Below are positions 8,074 to 15,807 of a DNA stretch of 24,123 bases, one piece after another. A model generated the notes under the pieces. The model was not told the DNA's origin. It worked only from the letters and a program-made list of their open reading frames with translations, and did not search any database. Every line of letters begins with the position of its first letter. Positions within the stretch are counted from its first letter, which is position 1. This DNA comes from a virus (lineage: Duplodnaviria > Caudoviricetes). A program made the translations under genes and the position numbers. The stretch covers positions 1-24,123 of the IMG/VR virus record IMGVR_UViG_3300025606_000021. The stretch is one strand, 5' to 3'.

Positions 8074-8216
8074 TTTGTCGCCAATAAGTAAAGACCTACG
8101 TTAGAAAATGAATAACCAGCATACACAACTGCCATTGCTGGGTTACCTTTAAACCCTTGTTCAATGGCAATATAAGCATAGATTAATCCCGTTACGATAA
8201 TAAGCCAAGAACTCAT
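8070..8216 (-). CDS. 48-aa small membrane protein (not in ORF track)
   Basis: MSSWLIIVTGLIYAYIAIEQGFKGNPAMAVVYAGYSFSNVGLYLLATK*, two hydrophobic segments, RBS GGAG, ATGA coupling to the next ORF. Confidence 0.7.
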   Translation of the reverse strand: MSSWLIIVTGLIYAYIAIEQGFKGNPAMAVVYAGYSFSNVGLYLLATK

Positions 8217-8232
8217 TACGACTCCAATTTGG

Positions 8233-8282
8233 TGAGGGTGTTACGTAACAAAAAGCCTAGATTTCCCTAAACCTTACCCTCA
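8233..8282 (-). ncRNA. Candidate structured 5' leader of the minus-strand operon
   Basis: UGAGGGU/ACCCUCA closing stem around AAGGUUUAGG-GAAA-UCUAGGCUUU (GNRA loop, G-U pairs only on the minus strand) and the palindrome TGTTACGTAACA (8239-8250). Confidence 0.45.
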
Positions 8283-8287
8283 AAATT

Positions 8288-8296
8288 ATTTTATCA
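8288..8296 (-). promoter_or_regulatory. Extended -10 sigma70-type promoter, leftward
   Basis: TGaTAAAAT on the minus strand; predicted start near 8282 coincides with the first base of the leader stem. Confidence 0.5.
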
Positions 8297-8302
8297 AAAA
8301 CA

Positions 8303-8330
8303 TTGCACATACCCAAAAAAGTAGTAACAT
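8303..8330 (+). promoter_or_regulatory. Putative sigma70-type promoter, rightward
   Basis: TTGCAC-16 bp-TAACAT; predicted start near 8337, just before the structured RNA. Confidence 0.4.
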
Positions 8331-8338
8331 TGTGGAAA

Positions 8339-8404
8339 CTGGGAGACCAGCTTATTAAACTGTCCCAGCAGACGCATACACGATTAATAAGCTTACTTTG
8401 TATG
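8339..8404 (+). ncRNA. Candidate cis-regulatory RNA: three-way junction with two pseudoknots
   Basis: AGCTTATTAA(8349-58)/TTAATAAGCT(8384-93); CTG-[TCCCAG]-CAG whose loop pairs with CTGGGA(8339-44); CG-[CATACA]-CG whose loop pairs with TGTATG(8399-8404), which abuts the RBS. Confidence 0.7.
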
Positions 8405-8414
8405 GAGAATTATT

Positions 8415-8903
8415 ATGGGTTTCGCTACTCACCTTGGTCCTTGGCTACTTGGAACCGTTAAAAACACTACTGGCACTACCGCTGGTACAGTTTGCAATAC
8501 TGGTTGTACCGTTGTTGCTCAATCTGGCACTACTACTGTTTCGGACACAACTGCTGACACACTGTTTTGGATTCCAGCAGGTTCACAAATCCTCAATATT
8601 TATGTTGACGTTACTACCGCTTATGCTGGTACTACTGGTAACACTATTACTATCAAGGCTGGTTCAACCACTCTAGGTACTGTTGGTGGCGCTACTACTA
8701 CTCCTTTGGCAGTTGGTCGTCAAACATTCACCATCACTGGTGCAAATATTGCCACTTTTGTAAATATTGGTACAACAGACTTAGCGATTACAGCTACTTA
8801 CGCTTGTGCGGGTACAGCCTCTGGCGGTACAGCTACAGTAACTTGTGAGTATGTTGTTCGTCAATCTGATGGAACACAATATCAAACAGGCAGCAATAGT
8901 TAA
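8415..8903 (+). CDS. Thr-rich virion structural protein (decoration/cement-like)
   Basis: MGFATHLGP start, IPAGSQILNIYVDVTTA motif, T/G/A-rich; RBS GGAGA. Confidence 0.65.
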   Translation: MGFATHLGPWLLGTVKNTTGTTAGTVCNTGCTVVAQSGTTTVSDTTADTLFWIPAGSQILNIYVDVTTAYAGTTGNTITIKAGSTTLGTVGGATTTPLAVGRQTFTITGANIATFVNIGTTDLAITATYACAGTASGGTATVTCEYVVRQSDGTQYQTGSNS

Positions 8904-8909
8904 TCTTGC

Positions 8910-8931
8910 GGGTTAGGGTTTTCCCTGACCC
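8910..8931 (+). other. Intergenic stem-loop (mRNA stability/processing or weak terminator)
   Basis: GGGTTAGGG-TTTT-CCCTGACCC, 9-bp stem with one U-G pair; no immediate U-tract. Confidence 0.55.
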
Positions 8932-8955
8932 ACTTAACATTTTTGGAGATTAATT

Positions 8956-9468
8956 ATGACGATGCAATATGACGTAAAACAGGCACACCTAAACGGTAGT
9001 GGTATTTTTGTTGTTGGACCAACTCGTGTTAAGGGTATTTCATTAACTGGTACAGCTTCTGCTGGTCAGTTAACTATATTTGATACGATTACAGCCCCAG
9101 TAACAACTGCTACTTATGGTCGTTCTGGAACAACTGTTACGATAGCTCAAACTTCTCATGGCTTAACAACTGGGCAAGTTATTGGTATTGATTTTGCGGC
9201 AGGGACAGGCGGAACAGCTACTAATGGCAACTATGCTATTACTGTTGTAAATGCAAACTCTTTTACCGTAACTGATATTAATAGCGGAACCATTACCGCC
9301 TCACCAACGCTTGTCTATTCAACTGGAAAATGGTTGATAACATACGATATAGCTGCTGGAGATTCATACAATAACTCCCCAGTGATTCCCGGTGAAGGCG
9401 TAAGAGCGGATACTGGTGTGTATGGCTATATAACAAATTTAACCGCAGCAAACATTTACTACGGATAA
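8956..9468 (+). CDS. Thr-rich virion structural protein with an apparent inserted beta module
   Basis: RBS GGAG; GPTRVKG...IPGEGV...IYYG frame around an HGLxxGxxI...NGNY.ITV...FTV module. Confidence 0.65.
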   Translation: MTMQYDVKQAHLNGSGIFVVGPTRVKGISLTGTASAGQLTIFDTITAPVTTATYGRSGTTVTIAQTSHGLTTGQVIGIDFAAGTGGTATNGNYAITVVNANSFTVTDINSGTITASPTLVYSTGKWLITYDIAAGDSYNNSPVIPGEGVRADTGVYGYITNLTAANIYYG

Positions 9469-9471
9469 AAC

Positions 9472-10242
9472 ATGTCAGAAGAACTAAAGGCAGAGGGTTC
9501 ATTTAGTTTAGTAGGTCGGAAGATTATGATTGGTCTTCCCGCCTATGACTTCAAGGTATCTGTAAAGCTGGCTATTGCATTAGCCAGTTTTTGCGTTGAA
9601 GCCCCTAAACATGGGATAGAAATTCAGATTTGTAATATTTCTGGATGCTCTGTTGTTTCCCGTGTTCGTAACCTGATTGCCAAAGACTTCTTAGCATCAG
9701 ATTGCACTGACCTTATGTTTATTGATTCAGACATCAACTTCAATGCGGAAGACATTTTCCGTTTGATGGCTTGGAATACAGACCCTAAGAAGGGTATTGT
9801 TGGCGGTGTACCTGTTGCACGTAAAAAGGGCAGCATTTATATCTCTTCATTAGACCAAGATGCGGATGGCGGTATTTATATGAACGCTTATGGACTAGTA
9901 AAAGCCAAGCGCCTTGCTACCGCATTCATGTTAATCCGTAGAGAAGTGTTTGAAACCTTGCGGGACAACCATCCAGAATGGCAATATCACGATGACCGTG
10001 TAGAAAATGGTCATACAGATAAGATTTGTTATTCATTTTTTGACTTCAAATCAGAGCCTACAGGGTATGTAGGTGAGGACTATACGTTCTGTGACCGTGC
10101 TTCAGCGCATGGTTATGAGATTTGGATTGACCCAACCATCAAGTTAGGTCACATGGGAATCACTGAATTTGAAGGTTCTTTTGGTGAAGAGTTTTTATAT
10201 CCATTGATTCGTTCAGTGGATGCTAAAAAGGATGCAGCGTAA
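9472..10242 (+). CDS. GT-A fold glycosyltransferase-like protein
   Basis: IMIGLPAY, RVRN, LMFIDSDI (DxD), ATAFMLIRREVF, GEDYTFC, IWIDPTIKLGHMG. Confidence 0.8.
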   Translation: MSEELKAEGSFSLVGRKIMIGLPAYDFKVSVKLAIALASFCVEAPKHGIEIQICNISGCSVVSRVRNLIAKDFLASDCTDLMFIDSDINFNAEDIFRLMAWNTDPKKGIVGGVPVARKKGSIYISSLDQDADGGIYMNAYGLVKAKRLATAFMLIRREVFETLRDNHPEWQYHDDRVENGHTDKICYSFFDFKSEPTGYVGEDYTFCDRASAHGYEIWIDPTIKLGHMGITEFEGSFGEEFLYPLIRSVDAKKDAA

Positions 10243-10499
10243 TGGCAACCAAAAAGACTCCATCTTTATCTATAGGACGTGGTGAGAAATTACCAGTCTC
10301 TAAAGGTGCTGGTTTAACAGCCAAGGGTCGTGCGAAATACAACAAAGCAACAGGCAGTAACTTAAAAGCCCCGCAACCAGAGGGCGGAGCTAGGAAGAAG
10401 TCTTTCTGCGCCCGTATGTCTGGTATGCCCGGTCCGATGAAAGATGAAAATGGCAAACCCACTAGGAAAGCCGCTTCTTTAAAGAGATGGAAATGTTAG
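10242..10499 (+). CDS. Basic conserved phage hypothetical protein
   Basis: GLTAKGRAKYN..GSNLKAP..RKKSFCARM..RWKC; TAATG coupling. Confidence 0.7.
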   Translation: MATKKTPSLSIGRGEKLPVSKGAGLTAKGRAKYNKATGSNLKAPQPEGGARKKSFCARMSGMPGPMKDENGKPTRKAASLKRWKC

Positions 10500-10747
10500 A
10501 AATGGAAGCAACTATTTGGAACATACTACTGACTGCTGCTTTGGCTGGTATTGGTTACGTTTTAAAAGACAAGTCAGACGAACTAAAGCGTATTGACATT
10601 CTTTTAAACAAGACTCGTGAAGAGGTGGCAAAAGAATACATTACTAAAGTTGATGTTCATAATGATATTAATCGTGTCTTAGACCGTTTAGACCGCATGG
10701 AACAGAAGATTGATACAGTTATTAAAGAGAATAGAAACAATGCCTAG
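10487..10747 (+). CDS. Small protein with N-terminal TM helix and coiled coil
   Basis: IWNILLTAALAGIGYVL hydrophobic segment, then LLNKTREE...LDRMEQKID. The start could be 10502. Confidence 0.65.
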   Translation: MEMLEMEATIWNILLTAALAGIGYVLKDKSDELKRIDILLNKTREEVAKEYITKVDVHNDINRVLDRLDRMEQKIDTVIKENRNNA

Positions 10748-11816
10748 TACATCTAAAAAACAACACAATTTTATGGAAGCAATTGCTCATAACAAGGCTT
10801 TTGCTAAAAAGGTTGGCGTACCTCAGTCGGTAGGTCAAGAATTCAGCAAAGCCGACAAGGGCAAAAAGTTTAAACAAGGTGGAATCATGGCTACAAAAAA
10901 AATGCATTCTGAGAAATCAGAAATGAAAATGGATAAAGAGCAAGATAAGGCTATGATTAAAAAAGCCTTTAGACAGCACGATATGCAAGAGCACAAGGGT
11001 GGAAAAGGAACTAAATTGTCTTTGAAAAAAGGCGGTTCTGCGTCTATGTGTTATGGCGGTAAAGTTAAAAAGATGGCTGTTGGTGGCGCTACAGGTTCCT
11101 TTAACTCTACAGGCAACAATCCATACACACCTCCAATGCAAACTGGCGCTATTGGTGGCTTAGACCAATTGAATCAATCAATTGGAACTATTCAAAATGC
11201 TTTAGGTGGCAATCCTAAGAATGTTGGCGAATCAACTCAAATGTACAAAAGGGGTGGAAAAGTGAAAAAAATGGCTATGGGTGGTGCTCCAGTAGACCCA
11301 CGTGCTGCTGCTATGGCGGCTAAACAAGCGGCTATGGCTGCTCCAATGGGTGCTAAACGCAATATGCCTATGGCACGTCCAGCAGCCCCTCAGATGGCTT
11401 CTATGCCACAAGGTAAGCCAATGGTAGGTCGTATGCCTCCACAAGCTAATATGCCCGTTCCTACGATGAAAAAAGGCGGAGTAGCTAACACAGTTACTAA
11501 GGAAATGGAATACGACTATAAGTCTGGTAAGAAGTCTTTCCGAGGAACTACTGCCCAGCGTGATGCTCATGCTGAAAAAGAAGGCAAGAAAGTTGCTAAA
11601 GACTACGCTTATGACATGTCTAAGGGCATGAAAAAAGGTGGCATGGCTAAGATGGGCGCAGTTAAAACCAAACCGGGCAACATCAATGGTGTAGCTCAAA
11701 AGGGTTTAACTAAAGGCAAAATGGTTAAGATGGCTGCTGGTGGCTCTGTAGGTTCTGCTTCCAGACGTGCTGATGGCATTGCTATTCGTGGAAAAACAAA
11801 GTGTAAAGGCTGCTAA
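10740..11816 (+). CDS. Basic K/M/G-rich low-complexity protein with repeated xKxGG/MAxGG motifs
   Basis: ATG at 10740 (MPSTSKKQHNFM) preferred over the TTG at 10710; about nine GG motifs; ends ASRRADGIAIRGKTKCKGC. Confidence 0.7.
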   Translation: MPSTSKKQHNFMEAIAHNKAFAKKVGVPQSVGQEFSKADKGKKFKQGGIMATKKMHSEKSEMKMDKEQDKAMIKKAFRQHDMQEHKGGKGTKLSLKKGGSASMCYGGKVKKMAVGGATGSFNSTGNNPYTPPMQTGAIGGLDQLNQSIGTIQNALGGNPKNVGESTQMYKRGGKVKKMAMGGAPVDPRAAAMAAKQAAMAAPMGAKRNMPMARPAAPQMASMPQGKPMVGRMPPQANMPVPTMKKGGVANTVTKEMEYDYKSGKKSFRGTTAQRDAHAEKEGKKVAKDYAYDMSKGMKKGGMAKMGAVKTKPGNINGVAQKGLTKGKMVKMAAGGSVGSASRRADGIAIRGKTKCKGC

Positions 11817-11818
11817 TC

Positions 11819-12058
11819 ATGCCATACGAAGAAACAGGCAAAGAAAAAGAGAAACGTGAAGCCTATTACAAGGCTAATAAAGAGCGTGGTATCCGTGCTG
11901 AAAAGCAAAGGGATTATGAATTGTTTGGCACTACCGAACAAAACATTCCTAAAGTAGATGCTATGGGTAACGTTACTGGCATGAAAAAGGGCGGAAAAAT
12001 ATCTTCTGCCTCTAAACGTGCAGATGGTTGCTGTATTAGAGGAAAGACAAGGGCTTAA
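11819..12058 (+). CDS. Small protein with MKKGG...DGCCIRGKT C-terminal tag
   Basis: Shares the C-terminal motif with its neighbours; tightly packed. Confidence 0.7.
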   Translation: MPYEETGKEKEKREAYYKANKERGIRAEKQRDYELFGTTEQNIPKVDAMGNVTGMKKGGKISSASKRADGCCIRGKTRA

Positions 12059-12060
12059 TC

Positions 12061-12564
12061 ATGTCAAGTTTCTTTGAAATAGGCAGCAAGATGCTAGAAG
12101 AAGCAACTCGTGTTGGAAAAGAAGCTGGAGATTCAATCTTTGGGCGTGAAAAAAAATCTGCTGTTGATACTTTAAAGGCTGAAGCAGACGCTAAAGCTGC
12201 TGCTGACAAAGATGCGGCTGATAAAGTTGCCGCTCTTAAAGCTGAAGCAGACGCTCAAGCAGCTAAAGATGCAAAGTATCTTGCCGCAGTTCAAGAAAGA
12301 AAAGATAGCATTGCAGCGCAAAAAGAATCTGCTGCCAATGCACCTTCTGCCCCTGCAAAAACAATTAAATTTGAATGGAATCCACAACCAGTAAACCCAT
12401 CAATAGATGGTATAGCAACTGGTCAAGCTTTTTTAAAACCTAATTACATTAAAATGAAAAAAGGCGGGGCAGTTAAAAAAGTTAAAAGCAAAACAGTCTC
12501 TATGGCTTCTAAACGTGGTGATGGTTGCGCTATTCGTGGTAAAACAAAAGGACGTTTTGTATGA
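12061..12564 (+). CDS. Ala/Lys-rich protein with MKKGG...DGCAIRGKT tag
   Basis: Internal LKAEADA repeat (GCTGAAGCAGACGCT at 12178 and 12241) plus the shared C-terminal motif. Confidence 0.7.
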   Translation: MSSFFEIGSKMLEEATRVGKEAGDSIFGREKKSAVDTLKAEADAKAAADKDAADKVAALKAEADAQAAKDAKYLAAVQERKDSIAAQKESAANAPSAPAKTIKFEWNPQPVNPSIDGIATGQAFLKPNYIKMKKGGAVKKVKSKTVSMASKRGDGCAIRGKTKGRFV

Positions 12565-12821
12565 GACCAAGTCGTGGAATGGGAGACATTATGTCCTCTA
12601 AGATGCCCAGTGGAGTTCGTAAAAAACGCAGGGATGATACTGACTTTACACAATACGCTGAAGGCGGACAGGTGTGGGATAAACCACGTCCTGAAGGCTT
12701 AGGCAAACCAAAGAAACTATCTTCTAAAAAGAAAGCTTCTGCTAAAGCAATGGCTAAAGCCGCTGGCAGACCTTATCCAAACTTAGTAGATAACATGAGA
12801 GCGGCAAAGGGTTCTAAATGA
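12561..12821 (+). CDS. Basic hypothetical protein (YAEGG motif; GRPYPNLVDNM C-terminus)
   Basis: ATGA overlaps on both sides. Confidence 0.7.
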   Translation: MRPSRGMGDIMSSKMPSGVRKKRRDDTDFTQYAEGGQVWDKPRPEGLGKPKKLSSKKKASAKAMAKAAGRPYPNLVDNMRAAKGSK

Positions 12822-13741
12822 CAGCCCAAACTAGCGGAACTACAGTATTTAATCTGCCATTCAATGAGATGGCAGAAGAAGCCTATGAGCGCTGTGGTAT
12901 TGAAATGCGTACTGGTTACCAGTTACGCACCGCTAGACGTAGTCTAAATTTGCTTACTATTGAGTGGGCAAACAAGGGTATTAACCTTTGGACTATTGAA
13001 CAGGGTGAGATTTTGCTGGTTACAGGGCAGACTACATACCCTATTCCAACGGACACAATCGACCTTTTAGATACTGTTATTCGTCAAAATCAAGCGACAT
13101 CTAATCAAATTGACATCAGTATTACTCGTATTTCAGAGACTGGTTACATCACCATTCCTAATAAATTGGCTCAGGGAAGACCTATTCAGTTGTGGGTTAA
13201 CCGTCAATCGGGAGAGGAAAATCTGACAACAGCTAAATTGGATGGCAACATATCCAGTTCTGCAACCACTATTTCAGTGACATCTACCGCAGACTTGCCT
13301 TCTTCTGGCTATGTAAAAATAGATAGCGAAACTATCTATTATGAAAGCATTTCAGACAACCAGCTTCAGCTTTGCGCTCGTGGTCAGAATGGTACAACTG
13401 CTGCTTCTCACTTAGACCAAGCTGTTTTAACCAATCAAAATATCCCTTCTGTTAAAGTCTGGCCCAGCCCTGACGCTGGTGGTAGCCCTTACACATTGGT
13501 TTATTACCGTTTACGTAGAGTTCAAGATGCTGGAGGCGGTACAAACGTCTCAGACATCCCGTTTCGTTTTTTACCAGCATTGACATCAGGTCTAGCGTAT
13601 CACCTCTCTGTGAAGGTTCCAGAAGCTAGAGACCGTGTTGATATGCTTAAGTCTATTTATGATGAACAATGGTTAATGGCTTCTACTGAAGACCGTACTA
13701 AGGCTTCTCTGAGGTTAGTGCCACGACAGCTTTTCTGGTGA
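12818..13741 (+). CDS. Putative head-tail adaptor/tail tubular protein with inserted module
   Basis: EEAYERCG..RTARRSLNLL..EWAN, VWPSPD...Y.LVYY, DIPFRFLPALTSGLAY; position after the head genes. Confidence 0.6.
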   Translation: MTAQTSGTTVFNLPFNEMAEEAYERCGIEMRTGYQLRTARRSLNLLTIEWANKGINLWTIEQGEILLVTGQTTYPIPTDTIDLLDTVIRQNQATSNQIDISITRISETGYITIPNKLAQGRPIQLWVNRQSGEENLTTAKLDGNISSSATTISVTSTADLPSSGYVKIDSETIYYESISDNQLQLCARGQNGTTAASHLDQAVLTNQNIPSVKVWPSPDAGGSPYTLVYYRLRRVQDAGGGTNVSDIPFRFLPALTSGLAYHLSVKVPEARDRVDMLKSIYDEQWLMASTEDRTKASLRLVPRQLFW

Positions 13742-13746
13742 TTTAA

Positions 13747-14175
13747 ATGGCTACACAATACGCTTCAGGCAAGTATTCGATTGCCGAATGTGACAGATGC
13801 GGTCAAAGGTACAAACTAAAGGAACTTAAAAAAGAGATTATTAAGACCAAGTTGTACCAAATTAAGGTCTGTCCTAGCTGTTGGGACCCCGACCAGCCGC
13901 AGTTGTCGTTGGGTATGTATCCAGTTTATGACCCACAGGCAGTTTATGAACCAAGACCTGACGTAAGTTATCGGATGTCTGGCTCAAGCGGCTTACAAAT
14001 TAATGGTACAAATGACCCTACAGAAAAGGGAATTGGGTATCAAGAAGAGGGTAGTAGAACTTTCCAGTGGGGTTGGAATCCAGTGGGTGGTTCTAGAGCA
14101 GAAGATGTAGGTTTAACACCCAATGATTTAGTGTTGAACTTTGTGCTTGGCAATGTAACAATATCAACAACTTAA
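13747..14175 (+). CDS. Zinc-ribbon protein (CxxC...CxxC)
   Basis: CDRC and CPSC pairs, then DP.QPQL and DPQA...PRPD. Confidence 0.7.
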   Translation: MATQYASGKYSIAECDRCGQRYKLKELKKEIIKTKLYQIKVCPSCWDPDQPQLSLGMYPVYDPQAVYEPRPDVSYRMSGSSGLQINGTNDPTEKGIGYQEEGSRTFQWGWNPVGGSRAEDVGLTPNDLVLNFVLGNVTISTT

Positions 14176-14186
14176 GGAGTTTAAAC

Positions 14187-14384
14187 ATGGGATTCACTAA
14201 ATCAGCAGATGGAATTGCTAAACAAGGCAAAACTAAAGGTAAAAACCTAGGCGATTCTGGTCCAACCGTAATGGGTCGTAACGGTGGTACTAAGGATTTG
14301 GGCGTAACTGGCAAGGCTATGAAGGCTGTAGGGCGCAATTTGGCTCGTGTAGCCAATCAGAAGAAATCAGGAAGAGGTCGTTAA
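14187..14384 (+). CDS. Small basic protein with N-terminal ADGIAKQGKTKG motif
   Basis: Strong RBS TAAGGAG; motif resembles the tag in 10740-12564. Confidence 0.7.
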   Translation: MGFTKSADGIAKQGKTKGKNLGDSGPTVMGRNGGTKDLGVTGKAMKAVGRNLARVANQKKSGRGR

Positions 14385-14386
14385 TC

Positions 14387-14713
14387 ATGACTAAAGCTAA
14401 AATGCAACCAAATACACCAGCGCAGAAGTATCCGCTGGGCAATGCAAAAGAGAATAAAGATGCAACTGTATATACAGGCACTGAGTTCTTTGATGCTGGA
14501 ACTAAAGACCCAATTGGTAAGTACACACAACCACGTGTAAACACTTTCCCATGTTCTATAGAAAAGGACGGAAACGGTGTAGACGCTATCAATATGTCTG
14601 TTTTTGGGGTTACCAAGAACCCAAATCCAAAAGAAAACAAGCATGGTGAGAAAACAATGCGTGGCTATGGTGCTGCAACCAAAGGCATTAAAACACGTGG
14701 TCCAATGGCTTAA
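14387..14713 (+). CDS. Hypothetical protein ending MRGYGAATKG..RGPMA
   Basis: Packed in the operon with the same TAATC-ATG junction as neighbouring genes. Confidence 0.65.
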   Translation: MTKAKMQPNTPAQKYPLGNAKENKDATVYTGTEFFDAGTKDPIGKYTQPRVNTFPCSIEKDGNGVDAINMSVFGVTKNPNPKENKHGEKTMRGYGAATKGIKTRGPMA

Positions 14714-14715
14714 TC

Positions 14716-15387
14716 ATGACATACGATGAATTAGTAACTGCCGTCCAAGACTACTGTGAGAATAACTTTCCCACGGTCGATATGGATAGATTTATCGAGC
14801 AAGCCGAGCAAAAGATTTACAACTCGGTGCAGTTACCTTCATTGCGTAAAAACGTTGTTGGGGTAACTTCTCCCAGCAACAAATATTTATCTTGCCCCGA
14901 TGACTACCTTGCTGCGTTCTCTTTGGCAGTAATTGAGAACTACGGAGAGGCTACTGAAGCTTACTATTACCTTTTAAACAAGGACGTAAACTTTATTCGT
15001 GAAGCCTATTCAATGCCAAGTGATACGGGTTTACCCTTATATTACTCTTTGTTTGGACCACGAGTAACCTCTGGCGTTACCAGTAACGAGTTGACTTTCC
15101 TTCTCGGACCGACTCCTGATGCGATTTACCACATGGAATTGCATTATTACTACTATCCAGAATCCATTGTTACTGCTGGTCAGACTTGGCTTGGGGATAA
15201 CTTTGATACTGCCCTGCTTTGCGGCACTCTGATGGAAGCTATTACCTACATGAAGGGCGAAGCAGACATGGTTGCCCTGTATAAACAGCGTTACGATGAA
15301 GCTATGGGTCTCCTCAAACAATTAGGTGATGCTAAAGAGAAGGGTGATTCCTTCCGTGATGGTGTTCCTAAATATAAGGTCGTATGA
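14716..15387 (+). CDS. Putative head-tail adaptor/connector protein
   Basis: MTY.EL...QDY.E, FI.QAE..I, GPTPD..Y.MELHYYY.P, LL.G.L.EA..YMKG. Confidence 0.6.
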   Translation: MTYDELVTAVQDYCENNFPTVDMDRFIEQAEQKIYNSVQLPSLRKNVVGVTSPSNKYLSCPDDYLAAFSLAVIENYGEATEAYYYLLNKDVNFIREAYSMPSDTGLPLYYSLFGPRVTSGVTSNELTFLLGPTPDAIYHMELHYYYYPESIVTAGQTWLGDNFDTALLCGTLMEAITYMKGEADMVALYKQRYDEAMGLLKQLGDAKEKGDSFRDGVPKYKVV

Positions 15388-15794
15388 TTCAGCAAACCAT
15401 AACCACCTCGTTTAAACAGGATGTTCTGCAAGCTTTGCAGGACTTATCTACAGATACGCTTTACATGGCTTTGTATACGGGCGCAGCAGAACTTACTGCG
15501 GATACCACTGCGTACACAACACAGGCTGAGGTAGTTGGGACAAACTACACAGCGGGTGGGCAAGAATGTCAGAACGTCACCATTATGACCACTGGCAACA
15601 CGGTTTATATCAGTTTTGATAACGTTGTCTGGACAAATGTTTCCTTTACTTGTAGGGGTGCACTCATCTACAATCAGACAAAAGGTGGTAAATCCATCGC
15701 CATACTGAACTTCGGGTCAGACAAAATAGCAGGACCAAATTTCACCGTTACACTGCCAGCAAACAATGCAAACAGTGCTTTAATAAGAGTTTAA
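15384..15794 (+). CDS. Virion structural protein, paralog of 16006-16485
   Basis: TSFK..L, ALYT..A.L...TTAY...EV.GT.Y.AGG, GALIYN, FGSDK. Confidence 0.7.
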   Translation: MIQQTITTSFKQDVLQALQDLSTDTLYMALYTGAAELTADTTAYTTQAEVVGTNYTAGGQECQNVTIMTTGNTVYISFDNVVWTNVSFTCRGALIYNQTKGGKSIAILNFGSDKIAGPNFTVTLPANNANSALIRV

Positions 15795-15807
15795 ACAAGG
15801 AGAAGGT

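Noticed and set aside
8339-8404. Hammerhead or HDV-like ribozyme
   Set aside because: It lacks the CUGANGA/GAAA hammerhead core, and the helix order does not match the HDV nested double pseudoknot.
8398-8676. Leu-rich overlapping ORF that looks like a membrane protein
   Set aside because: Alternative-frame shadow of the Thr-rich gene 8415 (ACT runs read as Leu); no RBS.
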